From: Klebsormidium nitens
Taxonomy: Eukaryota; Plantae; Klebsormidiophyceae
Assembly: GCA_000708835.1 (NCBI GenBank)
Contig: DF237194.1
Location: 1-64,000, forward strand
Length of the DNA stretch: 64,000 bases
Direction: 5' to 3'
The number at the start of each line of letters is the position of its first letter. Positions within the stretch are counted from its first letter, which is position 1. This document shows positions 34,956 to 45,400 of the stretch, in pieces. Under the pieces are notes generated by a model. It ran no database searches, was not told the origin of the DNA, and saw nothing but the letters and a program-made list of their open reading frames with translations. The position numbers were made by a program, and so were the translations under genes.

Positions 34956-36060
34956 CTTTGATGCATTCCAAACCCAACCGGTCCTACATACCGTCTACTT
35001 CTCTTAAGTTCACCATGCAATTGAGTCAACAAACCTCCAACCTTTCAGGCATACGGGCGCTAAGTAGGTAGTATCCTTCCGTGCTCAAACTCCATGTACA
35101 GCGAACGCCAATCGACTACCTATCTTGATTCAAGTTTCAACGTGCTGAACGTCGAAGTCCAGGAACTGGCAATTGAAGCCTTGGGCGGTGAAAGAAGCTA
35201 CCGGTGAAAGAAGCTTGCCAGCTGCTCTCGCTTTCACGAAGCAGCTAGCTTTCATTCAGAGAAGCACCCGGGGAACTTGTGGGGTTAATTATTAGGAGGT
35301 TAGGATGGTTGTGGGTCGGAGCGTTTGCCAGCTTCTGGGTTAGAAATGAGGGTTTAGGTCCTAGGTGGGGCTCTTGCATCTGCTTGCATTCCAGGATCAG
35401 CGCGTTTCTTGTCAGAGGATGCATGATGCAAGTGGAGCCGTTCGATAAGCATGCACTATGTATCGCACGGTCTGCAGAACTAGGCATCTGTGTTCATTAG
35501 GTTTTAAGCTACGGTAGCTGGTAAACTGGCTAGGGAACTCTCGATCGACGTACTAGCTGGAGCTGCGATGGCCCATTGAACTATCAGCATGGTGGGCATT
35601 GCGGCATGTTTGTATTTGCAGCATAGTATAACCACAATTTCATAGATGCTAGTATGCCAGTGGCTCAGGCCTTTCCGGTTCGATTTGCCTTATATGTGAG
35701 ATCCTTGAAAACTTGTCATTCATAAGGACTTTAGTCGGGCTTCATTCCAGAAACCCATGCAAACGGAGGCACCGCAAGTATGCGTGCAACTCGTGTGTTA
35801 AGTGCCGAGCCCCGGCCAAGTCAGGATCTAGGATTGATGATTCGCTACATGATTTCAAGGCAATCGAGCCACTTCCTCTTCCACACAACTGTTGGAGGCT
35901 TGTCATGCAATGAGCCCTGGATTCGACATGCAAACGGGCGTACACACGCGGTTGCTGGACCATCAACCATTTGGCTTCGGCACCTTTGGTTCATGGTGCG
36001 CACATGCTGGACCTGCTTTTCAATTGCTAGACGTTGGACTGGTATCCAACCATTCTCCTC

Positions 36061-37085
36061 TCAAGGCTCAAGACGCACTTCGAACCACTGAATAGTTCCC
36101 TGTCCAGCCCCTAATTGCAGCTCGCATGCAGTCCCCACGAGATAGTCTAAAGCTTCGTCTATCGAAGCAAAACTAGCTAAGTCATCTGGCAAGCTCTTTC
36201 CGGGCCAGTTCTCTAAGTAAGGCCTCAGCTTCTCTTTCAACTCGACTTGAGAAACAAACGTTTCGTCTTGATCTGGTTCGAGCAGTACGAAATTGTCGGC
36301 GATATCAAACATGAATGCTTTTCCTGATCCTCGGGCTTCAATCTGCAGTATTGGACCCAGAATTGCTCGGACTTTGATACGTGCTGATTGATGAAACGAT
36401 TCGAAGGCACAAGCAAAACACATAGCAATCTCTAGAGTCGTTCCTCCTTGGCAGATTAACAAGCACTTACGCAACGAACTGGTCAAACCAGCCTTCCAAC
36501 AATACAAATGTTAGTAGACAACCGAATACATCCGAGTCCAGAGGGGCGTATATGAGAACCAAAGAGATGAAGACTTGGCTCGTCGTATTGGGATCGTCAG
36601 CAAAGGAAACGCTTCGAGTGTTTGAATCTTGCACGCAGGTATGTGATTTACCCTTTTGAAACAATCGCAGTAGATTCTTGGATTTGCTTCTAACCAACCA
36701 GGTACAGCTACGAGGAGACATTATGCATTGCAGACACCAGAGTGTCAAAAGTAGGTTGTTGACTGCTTGATGCAACACCTATGTATACACTCACCTTCAG
36801 AGCACCACCTGGCGGCGGCCCGTTCCGTCGCGCTTTCACAACCTCTTTTTCCCAGGTATGTGAGATACCTCTGCCTTGAATGCTTCTTTTCCTCCATGTG
36901 GCACACTTACTCAAGGACCGGCCTACTGAAATTGGAAGATCTGCAGAACAGAATGTCCCTTTTCAACTCTGTCAGGAGCGAACGTCAAGAAACAGCCAAT
37001 CGAGGGGTTTCAACCACAGCATGGAGGAAGTATGATACCAGATTGTACCTACCCATACCAACTCTTGACAAGACATTGTAATCAT
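36061..37085 (-). CDS. CRR7: Chlororespiratory reduction 7 (NDH complex assembly factor), 3 exons, ~154 aa
   Basis: The last exon (36342-36061) encodes DNFVLLEPDQDETFVSQVELKEKLRPYLENWPGKSLPDDLASFASIDEALDYLVGTACELQLGAGQGTIQWFEVRLE, matching the CRR7 family pattern. Upstream exons 37085-37049 and 36940-36795 join in phase but are less certain. Confidence 0.85.
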
Positions 37086-38438
37086 GATATTTCCGCCAGA
37101 TATCATGGAGAACTCTACCCAAATGACAAGGCAATGAAAAGATTTCATACGGTGTAGTTGAAGTACCTATCACTCTAGCTAGGCACAAGCTTAGAAACTA
37201 CTTCACAAGTCCCCCACCCCCAATGGACTGGCGAAGTAAAGCGTCAATGAGGCCCATGCCAAAAGAATTATGCCCCCAGCAGGGGCCTAACATGACCCCG
37301 AATCTGCACTCGAATCACACTAGAAACTCAAGTTGCACATGGTGAGCGCATGTGCTGAGCGGGCGCTAAAGATTGTCAAAAAGCAGACCATGCCTGCTTG
37401 ATATCAAGCACATACAATGCTTGGCACTTATCTGATGCACACTCTTTTGGCACGTTCTCAGCGCCAATTGTAGAGGGCTGAGGTTTCCAAAATAGGATTC
37501 TTTGTTTGAGAGGTTTTTGCATCAATGGAAAAGCGGGACCAGTGAAAGCAATTCCAGAATCAGGGCAACAGTTGAATGTCGTTCAGAATTTGTATGACGT
37601 AGTGGTGGCAGTCTCGTCCATTCATCAATCATTTCAAGATCCAGAGTTTGCAGACTATGCTCACAGCTCATTTAGAAGAACTCTCATTTACTCCTCTATG
37701 ATTCATACAAAGAAGTGAGAAGGTCAGAAACTTACGATGCCGCCGCGCTGTGCAGAATTGAGAATGTGAAGCAGCGGCCACGCCATGGCTTCTATGCTGC
37801 TGGTCCTGCAGAACATGGACGGTTTCTATAGAGCAAAACTGCCCCACTTTGATGCCAAGACAAGCCGCCATCGGGAAGGACAAGTCCTCTGCCAGCTTTG
37901 CTTTCTGCAAAATCGAAATGTCTTGCACCACATTTCTCTAGTCGATCAGGGCAACTTGCCGAACCCTGCACCTTAACCATTATCTGTGTTAACCCTCGGG
38001 TTATGTCAGTCGGATACGCTGTCTGTGACTCCCTCAAACTTCAAAGTTCAAGGGCTCGAAACCCTAACCCTAGTAGTCTCACTGCAGCATTTTGATCAGC
38101 TAGCTAGGGCCAGCTAGTGCGCTCTGGGACCCTTCGCCATTGGCGGCTTGGGAGGAGGTGGGAATTCTTTGTAAGCACTGCGTTGGAAGCTGTACAAACG
38201 ACCATTGGTGCTGCAAACCCTCTTCTAGGGGAATCCAAATGAAGCAGCAAAAACGTCCTTGAGAATCCTCTTCGGTGCTCCTTTAGAAGGACGCATCCCT
38301 CACGTTAATTGCCCCGATTGAACTCAACATTGTTCGCTTCGAGCCTGTTGTGAAACCTCTGGGCATCAAAGGGATGACTCGGAATCAAAACTGCATCTGC
38401 GGGACATTGAAATAAGCGCCCAGCTTTTGTTGCAGTCA

Positions 38439-41220
38439 ATGGCAGGCTGTAGCACATGCACCACTAGCTATAATTCTTCTTTCAATATTTACCAGGCTCA
38501 TCCAAGAGGCCTCCGAGAGACGTCCCAGTCCTGCTCTTTTGCTGCTTCCTCAGCCTCATCTCAGAGCCTTCCTGAAGCAATCTGGAGAACCAATCACCCC
38601 AGCTTTATCAATCAGATTCGTCCATCTCACCCGCACTTTTGCAGCCGGAGGCCGCACCCTTTGCAGGACCGTCGTTCAAGAAAAGCAACTGTGATTCTTG
38701 CAAGGAGTGGTGCAACGATGGATCAAACTGAAGTAAAAGTACATCCCGCTCAATCAGCTGTCAACTCTACATTGCTGGGGGTTAAAAGCGTCCTGACAGC
38801 AAGTCAGAAGGCGCAGTTCGACAGAGATGGCTTCATCATAGTGAGGAACCTTCTTGACCAGGTAAGGCTGCAAACCAGATATACTACCTGGTCCCTTGTC
38901 CTCTGGTGTCAACAAACTCTTAGGAATTTGTCTTCGTCAGATTGGTCCACAGAGAATGCCAAAGACGCTGGCTTTCAGAATTCCTTTTCAGAAGCTTCCC
39001 CCCTTCCCTTGTGGCTCTTCAAAAGAAAGCCTGGCCTAAGAGCAGTAGTAAACTTCGTTTTGCAACAGGCGACACAATCTGGTAAACTCAATCATGGTTG
39101 GTCCTCGAATCGTGTACCTTAACCAATGATCGCGGGCCCTCATTTATGAGCGAGGGCCTAGGAATTTTCGCTTTCTATTCTAGGGCAGGCCATGCACACT
39201 TCACTAGTCATTTGACGTGAGGAGCCCTCAAGACAACAAGCTCTAGAAGAAGCCCTTGAGGCCAGAATTGAATAGCCCCTTTTAATCTCCTTGTTTCCAT
39301 GTACTTGTCATCGTTGAGTCCTGGGCTGCCTTATTCATTGTAATCAAGTCGCGACATCGCCTTTGTCTGCACGAAAACACGGACATCCTCGATTGCACCG
39401 CCAGCTTTGATTGGACGTTCTGATTGACGTTCTCTCTTTTCCCTCCCCCAGTTTCACAGTACGGTTTCTTTTTCTAGAATCATTGCTCCACTTATTGTCG
39501 TCTGCAGGAAGAAACGGACATCCTCGTACGCACCGCCAAGTCCGACCCGGCGTTCAAACAGCACGCGCACGGAGTCGCTGACCCCGACGGAAAGAAAGTG
39601 AAGATGGCGCTCTGGAACCACCCCTCGGACGACGTCTACGGGACCATCTCACGGCTTCCGAAAGTCGTCGATACTCTGGAGCACTTACTGGGGGACGAGG
39701 TGGGTTGGATAAGTTTGAAAAGCGAAAAAAAGGAAAACAAGAGGAGGAGAAAATCGCGGTTGATTCGTCAGCCATTTTCTCGACGTGCTGGAGTGCGTTT
39801 GAGTGCGAAAGGCTACAATCTTGGGCTGATTTAAAACAGCTCAGACTTCTTGTCGCTTCTGCAGATTCTTGAAACAGCCGACTGCTGGACTGTATCCCGC
39901 TTGCACCCATGAAATTTGTTGCCAGGATTCCTCTGGGGGTCTTTCGTTTCTCTTACGGATTGATCGGACGCAAATATGTGATTTTTCCAAGCCCTTCGAC
40001 CCATGCTACGGGTCGTCTTGTCCGTCTTCCCATCTCAAACTTTCACACCTTCCTCAGGCATTGGTGCAATCCTGACGAGTTTCGCCAAGGATTGTAAATG
40101 CTGGATTCGCTCTCACGCTTGCCTTTTTCAAACTTCGCAGGTGTACCACTACCATTCGAAGATGGTGATTAAGGAGCCGTTCACTGGGGGTTCGTTTTGC
40201 TGGCACCAGGACTACGGGTACTGGTACCTCAACGGGTGTCTCTTCCCGGACATGGGCTCGGTTATGGTTGCAGTGGACCCCAACACGAAGGAGAACGGCT
40301 GTTTGCAGGTGGGCTTTTCTTTCAGTTTCTGGTTACGCTTTGGATGTGAAGAACGATACCTCTCTTTTGGAAGGAGGGCCTGGAGCGTCGACGACTCCTT
40401 TTCGGGTTTGCGTAAACCAGTGCTCAGTCCCGCTTATGGTTTTATGTCGAAGAGTGCGCTCAAAACTTGAGGTTCTAATCGGCTTGGGAGAAGAATCTTC
40501 GCAGAGATAGCAGAAGAGAGGGGCAGGAAACGCAGGTTGTCTGGTTGTTGCAGTAGTTTGGCGGCTACTTCATCGAAAGCCAGGCAACCTCCTTCTAGTC
40601 TGATCAGCTGGCCTCAGTGGTTGGTCAAACTCCACGGACTTGAGTCCTCCAATCATGGACCGGCCCAAGCTCTGCTGTTGGGTCAGATCAATCAAGAGTC
40701 GAGCTGCCACGTTCTCTGGAATCTATAGTACCCCGAAACTCCTGGACTCGAGGCACCTCCTGAAATATCGTGACACTTTTGCAAGTATATGTTGGGGAAC
40801 GGCCTTGGATCGAGAATTTGACAATATGCGTTCTTTCAGGTGCTGAAAGGGTCCCACCTGTTGGGCCGAGTCGAACACGGGCGGTACGGCGAACAAACGG
40901 GTGCGGACCCGGAGCGGTGTGAACAGGCCCAAAAAGCGCTTGAGCTGGTTTACTGTGAAATGGCCCCAGGGGACGCGCTCTTCTTCCATTGCAACACGTT
41001 GCACCGCTCCCAGGCGAACACGTCACCCCACCCTCGATGGTCGCTTTTGTGTTGTTACAATACCAAGCACAATAACCCGTATAAGGAGTCGCATCACCCG
41101 TTTTACGAACCGTTGGTTAAAGCCCAAGAGGATGCAGTGCGGAGGTATGGGGTGCGGCAGGCGGAGGTTGGAAAGCGGTTTTGGCATCCCTCGGAGGATA
41201 AGACCGTAGGGGCCGATTAG
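38439..41220 (+). CDS. Phytanoyl-CoA dioxygenase (PhyH)-family 2OG-Fe(II) dioxygenase, 4 exons, ~387 aa including a possible transit peptide
   Basis: Exons 38439-38861, 39508-39699, 40141-40308 and 40840-41220 join in phase. Motifs: [17 protein letters not shown], HxD in [31 protein letters not shown] (distal His), RWSL. The true start could be the later Met of MDQTEV. Confidence 0.88.
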
Positions 41221-42112
41221 GCTCTGTCTGACTCTGTCGATGTTTTCGCAACAAGGTGATAGATGTAAAGTAGCGACTACAAGGTTGAGCATTAGCTTCT
41301 GATAGTGGTTGCTCGAATCGCTGGACCATGCAAGCTAACGCGTTGCATGAGGAGAGCACTAAGTAGCGAATTGGTCAAGTCCACATACATGTATTTAAGA
41401 TTCCATCGTACAGTAGCTAAAGACGGCGACCAGACTTCGAGGACTGGTCGGACCGTCATGGCTGTAGCTCTTCTTTGACCGCATTCTCCTAACCGACCTG
41501 TTTGATCATGTTGGACCTGAACTTTCACAGTATAGTCAAGGTACACCATCGTCAAATTCGTTGGGATTCAGCTTTCAGGTGGGCGGCTTGCATGTATGTC
41601 ACGGTGTTCAACGGTGGGCGCCCACTGCGCCCGGCATGCACACGGATGACGCGTGCAGCCTTAAAGCTGCTAGCTGGCGAGCGACGCGCCAAAACCTACT
41701 AAGCATGCAGCATGTGCTAGTCGCGCCGACATAGAGGCCCGGGCGTGCATGTCATGATATATATCCAGTGCAGGCGTGTAGGGATGCGTAAACTCATTCT
41801 TGCAAACGTTCAATATGTAAAAATTACGATGAGGATACGTGTTGGGTACGTACTATCATGAACGGTACCTCTCGGGGCGGCAGGGCGGAGCTCTCATGGC
41901 ATGGTTTTTAGTATAAGTCCATGAGCTAGGAACCTACGCGGGCCCTCGCAACAGCCTCAAGCACAGCGCGCGCACGCGCGCAACCGGGCGGCCAGGCCGG
42001 CAAGCTGGCACATTGTGGCCACCATCACGCACACAGGCATTGAAGGTCATGTCATTGCATGTGTCATTGAATGATAGGTACGAAGTAGCCAACTCGGGTT
42101 CAAGAAACTCTT

Positions 42113-42216
42113 CTTTGATCATTTGGAGTGAGGTCAGACGTCCATTTGGAAAAAGTAACGTCCACTTTGATCATTTCGAGTGAGGTCAAACGTCCATTTG
42201 GAAAACGAGACGTCCA
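42113..42216. repeat. 52-bp imperfect tandem duplication between the PhyH-like gene and the VPS45 3' end
   Basis: CTTTGATCATTT.GAGTGAGGTCA.ACGTCCATTTGGAAAA...ACGTCCA occurs at 42113 and at 42165. Confidence 0.88.
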
Positions 42217-42484
42217 CAGGCTGCTCAGAAAGGCCGTACTCAAACACTTTCGATCATGGTCGAAGAGGCAGGCCCGGCCCTTGATACGAGCTAGCCCCTT
42301 TAACGAGAAGCTTACTTGCAAGCTGGTGGGGTTGAATATGTTACACATACTACGGGCCGGGCCTTTGACACTTTGCAAACGTTGATGGCAAGCGTCAAGT
42401 TGCTGGTCTGTGGACTTCACAGTGGACCGGCCTCAGTCAAGAAGACAGGAAACGGTGCCAACTAAGCGCCAGGGCCAACACAAC

Positions 42485-45400
42485 TTATACAAGGTCGCTC
42501 GTCCTTTCTAGCCGGTACACTTCTTCCAGGTCGGAAAGGAAGCTGCACAGACAAAAGCTTCGTAAGAGTGCTAGCAATCTAGAAAAACGAACCGGATCTG
42601 ATCTGAGAGCGGGTCACGCTCGAGTGCGCCGACGGCAAGCAATTGCTGTTGGGGGTTTTTTTTTTCCTGTTTTCATCTTGCGAAGCTGAAGATCAAATGT
42701 CGAAAACGAAGAAAACACTCCGAAGAAACTTTTAACGCAAGACGACAAGCACTTTCGAATGATGCCTGCACCAATGTGTCCTGCCTTTCTGACGAACTAG
42801 ACGCTTTCACCAACTCCAAGATTGGACGTACGAGACGGAAGCATCGCAGCAATTTCCGTCTTGCTTCTCAGCAGATTTAGTATTGCGTCGAAAGACTGAC
42901 CTCGCAGAGTTGTGCACGACGGTGCCCCCCAGGACAAACTTGACGCCGCTCGCGGTGTTGTTTTGGAGGGCCACAGCGCGCGACTCCTCGTACGTGGACC
43001 CGCCCACGATGAAAACGACCACGTCCTGCGGCCTGCGAGCGAGAAGATGCGGTATCAGAAATAGCAACCGGACAGATTCTGTCAAAACGGATAACGGATG
43101 GAGCGAGAAAAAGGTATTCCAGGCAATCCTAGCGAGTCGCGTTGGCTACAATTTTAGGAGTCGACGGCTGAGTCTGCCAGTAAGACCTTGTTGGACCGTC
43201 CATCTGAAGGGTTCCAACCGAGGGCAATTGTCGAAAGTGACCGACCGGGAGGCGTTCTCCTTCCATCCGTTCTGTCAGCCCGGAAACTAAAAGCGACGCG
43301 ATCCTCAAAAAGAAGTCAACAAACAGAATTTCAATTCGGACACACGTCGATCAGCGTTGAAGCCTGTCATTGAGAAACTTTTGAAAGTTTAAGGGCTTCC
43401 TTCCCATCTACGTGCCGGCGGGCATGTAAACGAACGAGTTGACCGATCCTTCGACACGCCCTTTCAACATTTTCACACTTTCCCTTTTCGTCAGATATAG
43501 GGAGAGCAGTCAATTCCGCTTGATGCGGCTCTTAACCTAGGTACGGAATCTCTCCTTGCCGCCAAATACCCATTGAGTGCTCATTTCGGGGTTAATCACC
43601 GTTCTTAATCAAGACCTTCCCCACAGTTCCTGCAAGCAATTTTTTTCTGCCGGCAGGAGCGTAGTGGCTCCCAACGAACGGGTATTCTACGTCCTCAAGC
43701 CGCCCCTTTGTAAAGGCCCCCGTAGCAGATTGCTTTCCATCGCCCACTTCCGTCTCTACATCATTTGCTCCAATCGCAGACAACGTCCCTTTTCGTCCTC
43801 TCGGATCAAGGGGAAAGTATTACCTGCCGGCAGGCGCATAATGGCTCCCAACGAGCGGTTAGTCCACGTCCTTGAGCCAGCCTACTGCCACGTTCTCCCT
43901 ATGCTTTCCTTACTGTCACCTTCTTCATTTTCCCTTCTTGCCTTACAGAAAGCGATAAATCTTATCTCATCCCCCAAACCGAATAACAAGTCTCACCTGC
44001 CAGCAGGCGCGTAGTGGCTCCCAACGAACGGATAGTCCACGTCCTTGAGCCGCCCCTTCGCAATATTTTCCATGGTTTGCGTCAGCAGCGGCTGGTGCTG
44101 CGTGTACACGTTCTCCACGCCCTTGAGCCCCCGGGCAATGTTGCGCGCCCGGTTGATGAAGTCCCGGTTCATGTACAGGTCGCCCGTGCGCTTCTCCACG
44201 CCCGCATGCCGCAGCAAAGTGTAGACCAGCTGAGGAAAGGGACCCGGCGAGTATTAGACCGGTTGTTTAAAGGAACAGAAATTTCTTTCACACAGTGTGT
44301 TGTGAAAAGATATACTGGGAGCTTTGCGATGGTCCCTCGTCCACTTTTTACGCCCATGTGTCCCTTCCCTTTCGTGCAAAAGGAAAGGGACCCGGCGAAT
44401 CAGACCGTTTGGTTCGAAGAGTGGCGTGTAGAGATTGTGTAGAATGTTTCGGCAAATATTCGCCGAGCAAACGTTCTCGGCTGGCTTGTACTCCCTAAGC
44501 CGGATCTTAACGCTGGCATAGCTGCTTCTAAGCTTTGATCAATGACGGGCCATCTCCACCCCCTAAGTACTGGGAAGAAACCTGAGAGGATTAATAAAAC
44601 GTTTGCAAAGCCCCCTGGTACATGAATACATTCCAGAGAGGAAGGCCCAATGAAAATGCCCAGTTGACTCACGGCTGGTTTGTACTTGCTAGGCCGGCTG
44701 CTGAGCTTGGTCATGAGCTGCTCCAGCTGTCGCGGATTCTCCTTCTCGTAGCGCAACGCATAGAGCAGCACGAGCCGTAGCCGGTCCACGTCGCCCACCT
44801 TCTCGTTGTCCAGCTGAGTGGACACCTGGCAAGAAAAGGAACAATCTGATCGAGGTTGAGCCCCTTAGAGTAATTTAAAAGGCAACCCAGAACCTACGAA
44901 GACAAGGACATGGCCTAGAATCTAATAAGAGACAGCAAGACAAAAATGGGGCCAAAGAGGCTTCAGCGTAAGTACAGCGGAACGCTCAGGTCAACAATTG
45001 CAGTCATACCAAGAAACTGTCAGTTCTGCGAATCATTTTAGCTTGACCAGTAGCACTGAGTAGTCAGGGACTGATACCGGAAGACAACTCCTAGAGAGCC
45101 AAAAAACCATAAGAGATCGTAAAATCCAGCTGCGTCAACGCTTGGGATGAGAGCCGCAGCCCTCGATCAACAACAACTGTCTGCATCGCCTTCCAGTCGA
45201 TACCCACCTTCTCAAAGGCGAATTCCGGACATTCTCGATCATCAAGGGTTCTGAGCCTTCGAAACGCCCTCGACTCCGTCAAATACCAGTATCTTAAAGA
45301 GAGCCGTTGGTACGTACCTCCTCAAACGCAGTCGCCTGGCTCGCGGTGCACGCCAGGTCCTGCTCGATTTGCGACACGCTCATGAGGATGCGCTCGTCCA

